Part shown: positions 1 to 9,341 of the stretch, piece after piece
Layout: every line of letters starts with the position of its first letter
Position numbering within the stretch: the first letter of the stretch is position 1
From: Magnetococcales bacterium
GTDB taxonomy: Bacteria > Pseudomonadota > Magnetococcia > Magnetococcales > JADFYX01
Assembly (NCBI GenBank): GCA_015232405.1
Contig: JADFZS010000010.1
Coordinates: forward strand, 1,044 to 65,043
Reading direction: 5' to 3'
DNA length: 64,000 nt
The notes under the pieces: generated by a model
Told to the model about the DNA's origin: nothing
Seen by the model: only the letters and a program-made list of their open reading frames with translations
Database searches by the model: none
Translations under genes and position numbers: made by a program

Positions 1-555
1 GGAAACCGGGAGAAGATAGACCGAGCATTACACTATTTCACCTCTTCACAAATTCTCCTGCAACCCAAAAAGATACCCTGTCCGGAAATCCAAAGTGAAG
101 ATCTGGAAGCTATTGCGACAGCTTCGGCTCTCTACGCAGCAGAACAGTTACAAAGCCCTGTTGTGACCAGTGATGTTGGGTTTTACATCCCTGCTCTCAA
201 CGGCTTTCCCGGACCTTATGCTGCTTACGTAGAACATGTACTGGACCATACCGATATTTTGAACATGATGGCGGTTAAAGAAGAGCGTCGCGCCTTCTAT
301 CGAGAAGTTCTCTGTTTTTGTGATGGTCGTCCCGGTCATGACCCCACAGTGCGCCTGTTTTCGACAATAACTGAGGGGATGTTAGCTACAACTCCTTCTG
401 GAACACACGGCTATAATTTCGATAAGATTTTCATCCGAAAAGGGGATGATAAGACCATGGCTCACTTAGACGATTCACAACGTGCCATTGCATACAGTGG
501 CGAACATTGGAAGGAACTTAAGACTTTTATAAAAAGCAATTTCCCGTTATCATAA
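1..555 (+). CDS. Non-canonical purine NTP pyrophosphatase, HAM1/RdgB family (5' end just outside the window)
   Basis: Frame 1 is open from base 1 (GNREKIDRALHYF...), matching the family's N-terminal GNxxK motif. The central SDVGFYIPALNGFPGPYAAY resembles the substrate-binding segment. Stop at 553-555. Confidence 0.75.
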   Translation, partial: GNREKIDRALHYFTSSQILLQPKKIPCPEIQSEDLEAIATASALYAAEQLQSPVVTSDVGFYIPALNGFPGPYAAYVEHVLDHTDILNMMAVKEERRAFYREVLCFCDGRPGHDPTVRLFSTITEGMLATTPSGTHGYNFDKIFIRKGDDKTMAHLDDSQRAIAYSGEHWKELKTFIKSNFPLS

Positions 556-606
556 AACTGGTTTGGGGATGCAACCACAAACCTAACGGTATTAAAGAGG
601 TCGTAG

Positions 607-1191
607 ATGAATAACCTGAGAAGCAAAACCCTCTGCATTTTCTGTGGCTCCTTTTCTGGTGCCGAAGAAGAGTACACCACACAAGCTAAAGCCCTTGGAG
701 AACGTCTTGGTCAAGATGGAGTCAAACTGATTTTTGGAGGTGGAACAACAGGCTTGATGAAGGAGGTTGCCGATGGTTTCTTGGCCCACGCCCCCAAAGA
801 ATGGCTCACGGGAGTGATTCCGAAAACACTGATGGATCGTGAAGGAATACATGAAGGTATCGGTGAATGTCACATAACGGAAAACCTATTAGATCGCAAA
901 ATGTTGATGATCGAGCGCGCTGATGCAGTCATTGCGTTGCCAGGTGGGTTAGGAACCTTTAATGAAATTTTTGAGGTGGCCCTGCTCAATCAACTAAAAC
1001 TGACACAGATTCCTATTTCTCTATTTAATATATTGGGTTATTTCGATCCACTGGATGCACTGTTTCGTGCGACCATGGAAAGAAAATTCTGCGACTTGCA
1101 GGATCTGGACGGCTTGATTATGGATGCAGACCCTGATCGGCTATTAGATAAACTAAACGCTATGTTTGACCCCCAAACTGGATCTAGCTGA
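607..1191 (+). CDS. LOG family protein (TIGR00730-type Rossmann fold; cytokinin riboside 5'-monophosphate phosphoribohydrolase-like)
   Basis: GGGTTGLM and PGGLGTFNE motifs. SD-like AAGAGG lies 6 nt upstream of the ATG. Confidence 0.8.
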   Translation: MNNLRSKTLCIFCGSFSGAEEEYTTQAKALGERLGQDGVKLIFGGGTTGLMKEVADGFLAHAPKEWLTGVIPKTLMDREGIHEGIGECHITENLLDRKMLMIERADAVIALPGGLGTFNEIFEVALLNQLKLTQIPISLFNILGYFDPLDALFRATMERKFCDLQDLDGLIMDADPDRLLDKLNAMFDPQTGSS

Positions 1192-3296
1192 TGTTTTTGG
1201 ATATGGGTGTTGTGGTAGGAGCTTATGCCCTACTGCGCTGGTATGAAAGACAGAGAGATAAGAACGAAGAGCTCATCAGACAGAGTGAAGGGGCGTTGGT
1301 GGTTGTTGATGAGCCAAGTGAAGAGGATCTCTACGGTCAGAGCCAGGTATCAATCCTCAGTGCGGAGGAAGAACGCGAGAAACACCTGCATTTTCTAAAG
1401 GCCAGTGGAGCCACAATCGGTTTAAGCATTTTTAGCTTGATCTATCCACCAGCCATTTATCCCACTTTGGCCCTCTTTACCTACTCAGCCATCCCCTATA
1501 TGCGTGAGGTCGAGAACTCCATATTCGTAAAGAAGAAGGTTGACGGCTGGGTTCTTTATGGCGTTGCAGACATTCTAACTCTGGGTATTGGTCGAATTGG
1601 TACTGCCGCCTTTGCCGTTAGTCTGGTACATACGGCTAAATTTGTCATCAGCCATGCCGAAGACCGTTCCCGAAAGAAATTAATAGATATTTTCGATCAG
1701 CAACCTCGTAATGCGTGGGTTTTGAAGGATGGTTTAGAAATAAAAGTTGATCTGGATCAGATCAATATCAATGATATCGTAGTGGTTAATACTGGGGAGA
1801 TGGTTCCCATAGATGGGGTTGTCACTGAAGGTGTTGCCACCATTGACCAACACAAAATGACAGGTGAGTCGCAGCCAGTTGAGAAGGTGGTCAATGATGA
1901 TGTTTTTGCTGCAACTCTAGTAATAACAGGGCGTATTTTAATTCGCGTCACCAGTTCCGGGCAACAGACGGCAGTTGCTCAGATCACACATATTATCAAC
2001 AAATCTACGGACTTCCAAACAGCCACCCAACTGCGTGGAGAAAAATGGGCAGATAGTTGGAGCAAACCAGTTATGGGGTTGGCGATTGCCAGTGCCCCTT
2101 GGTATGGCATAACGGGATTCATCACAATATTGAATGGTCATATTGCCCAGACCATTCGTTTGACAGCCCCATTGAGCACTCTTAACCATATCAAATATGC
2201 GGCAAACCGGGGGATTCTGATTAAAGATGGTCGGGTTCTAGAAGAGCTGCACAAGATTGATACTATACTGTTTGATAAAACCGGAACGTTGACCAGTGAA
2301 GAGCCAAAAGTTGGCGATATACACTGTTTCAACGATCAATATAACAAAGAAGAGTTACTTGTTTTTGCCGCCGCCACAGAAGGACGTATGGCCCACCCCA
2401 TAGCTCATGCCATCGTCAAGCGCTCTGAGGCTTTGGGGCTTATTTGTCCAGAGGTGGATGATCGTAATTTCCAAGTGGGTAATGGGATCAGTGCAAGTGT
2501 GAATAACAGACTTGTCCAGGTGGGAAGCAAGCGGTTCATGGAGAGTCAGAAAGTCATGCTGCCGGAGGGTCTAGAGGATCTCATGCAGACTAGCCGTGAG
2601 CAGGGACATGCGTTAATTCTAGTGGCTATTGATGGTAAGGTCCAAGGGGCTTTGGAGATTGAGAGCAACATTCGTCCTGAAGTTCATGGTCTTATGAAGC
2701 AGTTGCGTAACCGTGGTGTAAAACATTTGGCTATTGTTTCCGGGGATCATCGTTATCCAACAGAGAAGTTGGCTCGTGAGCTTGGTATGGATGACTATTT
2801 CTACGATGTCCTACCCCAGGACAAGGGGGCATTAGTAGATACTCTTCATGCTGAAGGGCGGACCATCTGTTTTGTCGGTGATGGGGTCAATGATGCCATA
2901 GCCATGAAGAAGGCGGATATTTCCATCTCTTTGAGTGGAGCGACATCCATTGCCACTGATACGGCACAGATCCTACTGATGGATGGTAGTCTTAAGCGGT
3001 TACCGGAATTAATAGACCTATCCCATAGATTGGAAGAAAACCTTCAAAGAGCCTTAAGTTTGAATACAGCTCCAGGTGTAGCAATAGTTTTTGGCACCTT
3101 ACTTTTCAGGATTGATATTTTGGTAGCCATTCTCATTAGCCAATCAGGAATGATGGCAGGTATAGCTAATGCTTACCTACCTTTTGTGGATGAAACATCA
3201 GAGCAAACAACTTCTGCCAAGACAAATAACCCCACCAATCAGGATCAGATAGATTGTGAGACTACACAACGGGACACCCAGCAACCACAGTCGTAG
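1191..3296 (+). CDS. P-type ATPase, heavy-metal (P1B)-like fold but atypical
   Basis: TGES (MTGESQPV), DKTGTLT and GDGVNDAIAMKKAD motifs. The start overlaps the LOG stop (ATGA-type overlap, ctgATG). No CPx motif at the expected TM position and no N-terminal CxxC metal-binding domain. Confidence 0.8.
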   Translation: MFLDMGVVVGAYALLRWYERQRDKNEELIRQSEGALVVVDEPSEEDLYGQSQVSILSAEEEREKHLHFLKASGATIGLSIFSLIYPPAIYPTLALFTYSAIPYMREVENSIFVKKKVDGWVLYGVADILTLGIGRIGTAAFAVSLVHTAKFVISHAEDRSRKKLIDIFDQQPRNAWVLKDGLEIKVDLDQININDIVVVNTGEMVPIDGVVTEGVATIDQHKMTGESQPVEKVVNDDVFAATLVITGRILIRVTSSGQQTAVAQITHIINKSTDFQTATQLRGEKWADSWSKPVMGLAIASAPWYGITGFITILNGHIAQTIRLTAPLSTLNHIKYAANRGILIKDGRVLEELHKIDTILFDKTGTLTSEEPKVGDIHCFNDQYNKEELLVFAAATEGRMAHPIAHAIVKRSEALGLICPEVDDRNFQVGNGISASVNNRLVQVGSKRFMESQKVMLPEGLEDLMQTSREQGHALILVAIDGKVQGALEIESNIRPEVHGLMKQLRNRGVKHLAIVSGDHRYPTEKLARELGMDDYFYDVLPQDKGALVDTLHAEGRTICFVGDGVNDAIAMKKADISISLSGATSIATDTAQILLMDGSLKRLPELIDLSHRLEENLQRALSLNTAPGVAIVFGTLLFRIDILVAILISQSGMMAGIANAYLPFVDETSEQTTSAKTNNPTNQDQIDCETTQRDTQQPQS

Positions 3297-3388
3297 GTGG
3301 GTGTCACTTTAGGAAACCATATTTATCCAAATATAGATGGCCCACTAACTTTGACTTCTTGTTGGGCATTATCTTTACATTTATCCAG

Positions 3389-4693
3389 TTAGTTGACAAC
3401 GCTATCATTTTCACGATCATGATTTTCACATTGACTGATTCCGACGGGTCTGGATTGTTTTACTGGTTTGTTGTCTAAAGTTTGGAATGTAAACCCTTCT
3501 GGCCTCAACCATTTGATCATGTAATCTTTGTCTTTTATATCACCATTCTCCTGAAAAGATATTGGACCTGTAAGGCCCTGACAGGCATTCATAAAACGAA
3601 TTTCATCGGCAATTTTGCTAGACTCTGATGTGCCGATTTTTTGAATTGTCTTTAGCAAAATATTGATCGTGTCATACTCAATTGCTGCCAATCTGTCTGG
3701 TGGTTGACCAAATTCATTGCGGAATTTTTTTGCAAAAACAGAATTCTCTGGAAGCCGATAGTCGAACATTGTTGGAACAGCGACATTGGCAAATAATTTA
3801 CTCTCTTCTTGCCACTTTTTGATGTTATCCCAAAATACAATGGAATCCAAACCTTCGCCGCCAATGAATGGTATATCCTTGATCCCTCTCCCTCTAAATT
3901 CCTTAATGATTCTTTCTGCCATCGAAGTGCTGGTAAATAAAAATATAGCATCCACTGAATTTTTATTCTGTAACTCTCTTGTGTTCATAGCGTATGTGGT
4001 GAGTTCCCGCTGTGGGGTGCTAGTGAAAAAAGAGCGTTGGCTTGCTACTTTAATCTCATATTTCTCCGATGCAGCTTGGGAAAAAGCTTTACTTAGCTCA
4101 AGAGCATAATCACTACTTTCATTATAGATCACCACATTTTCATACTTGTTTTGATGTGCAAATCTTGCTAACTGATTGCCAAGTACCACATTAGTGGGAA
4201 GCATTCGGTAAAGATTGTTAAAATTCATGGTGGTGAGAATAACGTTGGTGGCGTTAGGAGTTATAAACAACATGTTACTCTGCTGGTAAATCAGTGAGGC
4301 TGAAAATGCCAATTCTGAAAAAGAGTGCCCTGTGACCGCCACCACCTGGCTGGAATGATTGGAAAAATCCCTGGCAACTGTGCGTGTGTACTCCTTGATA
4401 CTGTCTCCGGCAGTCAAAATGGAGGTGGTTTCCAATATCTTGAAAACTGCTTCTTCTCGCTCATCAATGATAAGTTCTATTTTCTGCCCCAATACTCCAC
4501 CGGACTTGTTGGCCTCTTTAACTGCCAATTTAGCCCCTTCAACGAACAATCCTCTACCTTGGGGCCATGCCACGCCAATGGTGATCGTACCATCTTCATG
4601 GTATTCTTTTTGATTCGAATTTAGATTGCACCCAGCAAGGTATAGAAGAGCCAAACAGAAATAGGTGATTTTCACAAATATATGGTTCAACAT
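3389..4693 (-). CDS. Periplasmic ligand-binding lipoprotein, type-1 PBP (Leu/Ile/Val-binding-like ABC substrate-binding family)
   Basis: Signal peptide with lipobox LAGC. Overall similarity pattern to the LivJ-type fold (GVAWPQ..., VVAVTGHSFS, IPFIGGEGLD). Confidence 0.65.
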   Translation of the reverse strand: MLNHIFVKITYFCLALLYLAGCNLNSNQKEYHEDGTITIGVAWPQGRGLFVEGAKLAVKEANKSGGVLGQKIELIIDEREEAVFKILETTSILTAGDSIKEYTRTVARDFSNHSSQVVAVTGHSFSELAFSASLIYQQSNMLFITPNATNVILTTMNFNNLYRMLPTNVVLGNQLARFAHQNKYENVVIYNESSDYALELSKAFSQAASEKYEIKVASQRSFFTSTPQRELTTYAMNTRELQNKNSVDAIFLFTSTSMAERIIKEFRGRGIKDIPFIGGEGLDSIVFWDNIKKWQEESKLFANVAVPTMFDYRLPENSVFAKKFRNEFGQPPDRLAAIEYDTINILLKTIQKIGTSESSKIADEIRFMNACQGLTGPISFQENGDIKDKDYMIKWLRPEGFTFQTLDNKPVKQSRPVGISQCENHDRENDSVVN

Positions 4694-5039
4694 TTTGTAC
4701 TTAGACCTTTACCAGCTTGTAATTAAATATAATTCAGTAACTTAAAAGCACCACAACCAATTTTGAAAAAATGGATAGGTACATCTCCTGAATATATCAA
4801 GCTTTATATTTAGAGTATCTTTTTATTAACAAGAAATCCCGATACAGTAGCAATAAATTTTCCTTATTCATAGCACAACTGAAATTTGTTCGATCAGATG
4901 GTTATTGGTGATTGCTCTTGATAGCATATGAATATCTCAAAATTATTTGTTGATATTTGTTCCATTAACACAAAGTATAAGGTATAAATAGAGATATTCA
5001 TTTGTTTTACCGCTACTGGAAAAACAAATTTTTTCTTTT

Positions 5040-5645
5040 ATGCTTATAAAAGGAGCACAATTTGTGGCTAAACTTGACGAAAAGCAATCAGACAACACTA
5101 ACGACGAAGAGAAATCTTCTAGCACTTCAAAACAGACTGCTCATGAAAAACGAAAAGAGCAGACAGCCGCAACAATTAAAAAATATACAGCTGGAGCAAT
5201 GGCAGTTGGGGTGGTTCCGTTTCCTCTCTTAGACTTGGCCGCTCTAGCAGCAATCCAACTCAAGATGCTACACAGTCTATCAAAAATCTATGATGTTGAA
5301 TTTGAAGCTAGCCTGGGCAAATCGGCTGTAAGTAGTTTGGCAGGCGGTGTCGCATCGGTATCTGGAGCCGCTCCACTAGCAGCCAGCCTGACCAAATTCA
5401 TCCCTGTTGTTGGTCATGCCTTATCATATACTTCTCTGGTTGTACTCAATGGAGCCAGCACATTTGCCATTGGTAAAGTGTTTGAACAACATTTCGCTTC
5501 AGGGGGTACATTCTTAACGTTTGATCCAACAAAAGTACGTGAATATTTTACAGAACAGTTTGAAAAAGGTAAAAAGCTCGTTACCGAAATGGGTGAAAAA
5601 TCTAAATCAAAACCTAAAATGGAACCAGCAACTGCAACCAAGTAA
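5040..5645 (+). CDS. DUF697 (YcjF-like) membrane-associated protein
   Basis: Ala/Gly-rich hydrophobic core (GAMAVGVVPFPLLDLAALAAIQLKMLHSLSKIY...) typical of DUF697. An alternative GTG start at 5064 sits behind an AAGGAG SD. Confidence 0.5.
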   Translation: MLIKGAQFVAKLDEKQSDNTNDEEKSSSTSKQTAHEKRKEQTAATIKKYTAGAMAVGVVPFPLLDLAALAAIQLKMLHSLSKIYDVEFEASLGKSAVSSLAGGVASVSGAAPLAASLTKFIPVVGHALSYTSLVVLNGASTFAIGKVFEQHFASGGTFLTFDPTKVREYFTEQFEKGKKLVTEMGEKSKSKPKMEPATATK

Positions 5646-5706
5646 AAATCTATGCTGTTTTAATTGATTTTTATTGCTAACCATATAACGATATAGGCAT
5701 TAAACC

Positions 5707-5859
5707 ATGAAGAAAACATCTGAAAAGAAACCACCCGTTACTACCAGCACACCAAAATCGAGTACAACCAAGCGTCCTGGACTGTCCAAACGCACAAATA
5801 TCAAAGCAGGTGGCTTCTGGGAAGACCTTAAAGCGTTATATCCAAGCTTCTCCAAGTAA
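5707..5859 (+). CDS. Candidate 50-aa secreted-peptide precursor with internal Gly-Gly (not in the ORF track)
   Basis: Hand translation gives MKKTSEKKPPVTTSTPKSSTTKRPGLSKRTNIKAGG-FWEDLKALYPSFSK. It lies directly upstream of the HlyD-like/C39-ABC genes and is followed by a hairpin plus T-run. The SD is weak and the leader fits the canonical double-glycine consensus poorly. Confidence 0.35.
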   Translation: MKKTSEKKPPVTTSTPKSSTTKRPGLSKRTNIKAGGFWEDLKALYPSFSK

Positions 5860-5865
5860 TACACC

Positions 5866-5906
5866 CCCTCCCCCTTTTCTTACCCGATTAGGGGGCTTCT
5901 TTTTTA
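5866..5906 (+). terminator. Possible intrinsic terminator/attenuator after the small ORF
   Basis: CCCCC (5870-5874) pairs with GGGGG (5891-5895) and is followed by CTTCTTTTTT. The loop is large (16 nt). Confidence 0.35.
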
Positions 5907-6013
5907 ATACAGCTCAAAAGGATCTTTTTCTTCCAAGCCTTGGATTGGTCTGTATTTCTGTGTTCTTCATAAACAAATGTTTGCATGATAAACATTTAAC
6001 TTTTCATTAATCT

Positions 6014-6529
6014 ATGGCTATACCATTTTCGGAAACTACCAGATCACTGAATGCTGATAAAAATACCTTCATTTCGTTGTGGTTGGTATTTTCAGCACTG
6101 ATCTTGTTTTTATGGGGAGCATGGTTTTTTGCAGGTAGCATTTATCATTATGTTGGTAGCCAACGAGTTACCATTACCAAAGAGCCGCACCCAACTTGGC
6201 GCTTGGATGATAACAAAGGCTTGGTGAAGCCCTATCATCGTTACCTGGTAGAAACCCAATTTGATAAGGAGGATCTGTCACTTATTCATCCTGGTCAACG
6301 CATATCCATTCACACAGATAATAGTTCCGCCACTTCCCAGAGTCCTTATAGCAGTCTAATCGAGAAAGTTGACCAAAAATCAGGCTTGGTACAGACTATA
6401 TTGGAGATACCTGCTGATAAACCACCTCAACTAACAGGTTTATCCACACGAGCTGAGGTAACTGTTTCTCAGCAAACTCCAGCCGCCTTTATGTTTCACA
6501 TAGTATCTCGGGAAAACAAGAACCCGTGA
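6014..6529 (+). CDS. Short HlyD-family periplasmic adaptor-like protein (lacks the coiled-coil hairpin)
   Basis: N-terminal single TM (FISLWLVFSALILFLWGAWFF) and a C-terminal barrel-sandwich-like segment (HPGQRISIHTD...). At 171 aa it is much shorter than typical HlyD. Its TGA overlaps the GTG of the next gene. Confidence 0.55.
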   Translation: MAIPFSETTRSLNADKNTFISLWLVFSALILFLWGAWFFAGSIYHYVGSQRVTITKEPHPTWRLDDNKGLVKPYHRYLVETQFDKEDLSLIHPGQRISIHTDNSSATSQSPYSSLIEKVDQKSGLVQTILEIPADKPPQLTGLSTRAEVTVSQQTPAAFMFHIVSRENKNP

Positions 6530-9249
6530 ATGCTTCCGAACGTCGTTTTTTCATCCCAGAAGTTATCCAAAGCTCCATGATGGACTGTGGCCCTGCGGCT
6601 CTCAAAGCCATGCTGAATGGTTTTGATATACCAGTTAACTATGGTCGATTGCGAGAGGCATGTCAGACTGATGTGGATGGCACCTCAATTGATACCATGG
6701 AAGATTTGGCAATACAGTTAGGTCTGGATGCAGAGCAACTAATTACTCCGGTTGATCATGTATTAATCCCTGAGGCTAAAACTCTACCAGCATTAATCGT
6801 TGTAAAACGCCCCAATGGATCAACTCATTTTATAATAATCTGGCGATTGTTTTTGGGATGGGCACAGATTATGGACCCCTCAACTGGACGCCACTGGGTT
6901 CGTACTGAAACCTTATCCGATCGGTTTTATCAACATAGCCAAGCTGTCAGTACCATTGATTGGCTGGAGTGGGCATCTTCAGAGATGTTTATCAATGTTT
7001 TACGGGCACGTTTGCTAAATGTTTGTATAGACCCGGATTGGGCAGAAGCCTGTTTAAAAAAGTGCACAAATAATGAGAGCTGGTATCCTCTGGCTAGTTT
7101 GGATGCCGCTACACGCATGGTTACCTCTCTTATCAATGCTAAAGGTATTAAGCCTGGAAAAGAGGCAGGGGAGCTTATCAACCGTTTTTTTCTCAATCCT
7201 GAGGAAATCCCCAAAGGTTATTGGTCCGTTCATGCCTTACCAGAAGATGAGGATACCCTCTTATTCAAAGGAGCCGTTATAATACACAGTACGGGCCTGG
7301 CCGAACCTGTTATTGCAGAAAGATACATTGAATCTATAGATAAACAGAATGCTGAAGAAGAAAAAGAAAAAACAGCCTCACCCTACTCACCTGAATTATC
7401 TGCAGCTATGAATGAAGAGGTTTCTCACCCAGAACGCCACATTTTATCAGCTATGCGAGAAGATGGCTTTTTTACCCCAACCATACTTATAATTTGTGCG
7501 ATATTGGCTGGTGTTGGAATTACTCTTGAAGTTCTTGTGTTACGTAATTTGATGGAGATCAATCAACAAACCCAACTCATGTCACAACAGTTGCAAACCT
7601 TTGGGCTGGTTATTCTATTTTTCATATCTTTATTGATACTTGAGTGGCCTTTAGCACTGCTATCCCGCCAAGCAGGTAAATATCTAGAAGTTCGCTTACG
7701 ATTGCGCTTTCTAAAAAAACTGCCACACCTCGAAGACCGTTATTTCCATAGCCGCTTAACTTCGGACATGATCCAGCGTGCTTACGATTTACGTGAAATA
7801 TCTAATCTTCCAAATTTGGGGGTCAATTTTTTACGTATACTGGCGCAAATTATCCTTATCACCATAGGGTTGACAGTGATCTACCCAGAAGGTACAGGCC
7901 GAGTTATTTTCAGTTGTGCAGTCGTTATTTTATTAGCTTTCTTGTCCCAACCATGGTTACAAGAAAAAGATATGCAGTTTCGGACACATGTGGGAAGCCT
8001 CAGTCGTTTTTATTTGGATGCATTACTGGGTATTGTTCCTATTCGGAGTCATGGTGCTACACAAGCAATTCAAACACAACATGAACGATTATTACTTGAT
8101 TGGTTCCGAACTGGACGAGATTTTTTTAGAACTTTTGAATACATCTCACTGTTAAATTTTTTAATCAGTACCGGACTGTCCATATGGCTAGTTCACTCTT
8201 ATTTAAATATTGATAGGGATAGCAGTGTAACTTTGGTATTGCTGTATTGGTTGCTCCAACTTCCACAACTGGGAAACCAGTTAGCTGAAAGCACCCAACA
8301 GTATCCAACATTGCGTAATCGTCTTTTGCGACTTCTAGAACCACTTTCTGCACCCGATGAAAGTCACTCTTGGTACTCCGCCGATCAGCACCGCCCAACC
8401 AATGTAGTATCTCCTGGAGAAAGTAAAGAAAAGAAACTTGGAGTTAGCATCAATTTTCACCAAGTTAACCTGATATTATCAGGCCGAGAGATTTTGCAAG
8501 ATCTGAATGTCAATTTGGCTTCTGGAGAACATGTAGCGATAGTGGGAAAATCAGGAGCTGGAAAATCCAGCTTAGTGGGATTGTTGTTAGGATGGCATCG
8601 ACCTGCTACTGGCGGTACTGTTTGGGTGGATGGTGAATTACTCCACGGATCACGCCTGGAACAGTTACGTCAAGAGTCCGTGTGGGTAGATCCTGAAGTA
8701 CAATTATGGAACCGATCGTTAGCGGACAATATTAACTATGGAAAAGAGAAAGGTAGCGACATCTCAGCCGAAATTTGGAGTCAGTCAGAACTTTTAGATA
8801 TGCTCCAATTCTTACCTGATGGTGATCAAACTATATTGGGTGAAAATGCAGGGCTACTTTCTGGTGGTGAGGGGCAACGGGTACGGTTGGGTCGTGGATT
8901 AAATAGGAACAACGCACGATTGGTTATCCTTGACGAACCATTTCGAGGCTTGACCCGCCACCAACGAAGCCAGTTATTAGGTAAAATTCGTCTCTTTTGG
9001 CAGAATGTTACTCTATTATTTATTAGCCATGATGTATCAGATACAAAAGGTTTTGATCGTACATGGGTAGTTCATGAAGGTCGTTTGGTTGAAGATGCAC
9101 CACCACATGAGTTAGCTGCTAATCCAAACTCTCATTATTCACAATTATTGGAAGCTGAACAAAGTCTACATAAATTAATTTGGAATCGTATTGACTGGAC
9201 AAAGTTATACCTGGAAAATGGTCAATTAACAGTTAGTTCAAAACGATAA
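6526..9249 (+). CDS. ABC exporter with N-terminal C39 cysteine peptidase domain (bacteriocin/peptide-processing type)
   Basis: C39 catalytic region MMDCGPAALKAML and GSTHFIIIW. Walker A GKSGAGKSSL, signature LSGGEGQRVRL and Walker B LVILDEPF. Six-TM region between residues ~310 and 600. Confidence 0.85.
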   Translation: MNASERRFFIPEVIQSSMMDCGPAALKAMLNGFDIPVNYGRLREACQTDVDGTSIDTMEDLAIQLGLDAEQLITPVDHVLIPEAKTLPALIVVKRPNGSTHFIIIWRLFLGWAQIMDPSTGRHWVRTETLSDRFYQHSQAVSTIDWLEWASSEMFINVLRARLLNVCIDPDWAEACLKKCTNNESWYPLASLDAATRMVTSLINAKGIKPGKEAGELINRFFLNPEEIPKGYWSVHALPEDEDTLLFKGAVIIHSTGLAEPVIAERYIESIDKQNAEEEKEKTASPYSPELSAAMNEEVSHPERHILSAMREDGFFTPTILIICAILAGVGITLEVLVLRNLMEINQQTQLMSQQLQTFGLVILFFISLLILEWPLALLSRQAGKYLEVRLRLRFLKKLPHLEDRYFHSRLTSDMIQRAYDLREISNLPNLGVNFLRILAQIILITIGLTVIYPEGTGRVIFSCAVVILLAFLSQPWLQEKDMQFRTHVGSLSRFYLDALLGIVPIRSHGATQAIQTQHERLLLDWFRTGRDFFRTFEYISLLNFLISTGLSIWLVHSYLNIDRDSSVTLVLLYWLLQLPQLGNQLAESTQQYPTLRNRLLRLLEPLSAPDESHSWYSADQHRPTNVVSPGESKEKKLGVSINFHQVNLILSGREILQDLNVNLASGEHVAIVGKSGAGKSSLVGLLLGWHRPATGGTVWVDGELLHGSRLEQLRQESVWVDPEVQLWNRSLADNINYGKEKGSDISAEIWSQSELLDMLQFLPDGDQTILGENAGLLSGGEGQRVRLGRGLNRNNARLVILDEPFRGLTRHQRSQLLGKIRLFWQNVTLLFISHDVSDTKGFDRTWVVHEGRLVEDAPPHELAANPNSHYSQLLEAEQSLHKLIWNRIDWTKLYLENGQLTVSSKR

Positions 9250-9341
9250 TTTTTTTTATATTATTAATAGCTATAAGGCGCTATCTTTTTTCTGCCTCTG
9301 TATATGAAAGATAATATTGCCCCATCAATTAGATTACCTCT

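Noticed and set aside
5810-6010. Tracked 66-aa ORF between the small GG ORF and the HlyD-like gene
   Set aside because: It overlaps the 3' end of the better-supported small ORF and the hairpin/T-run. It has a non-ATG start and a Pro/Phe-rich translation typical of reading through C- and T-runs.
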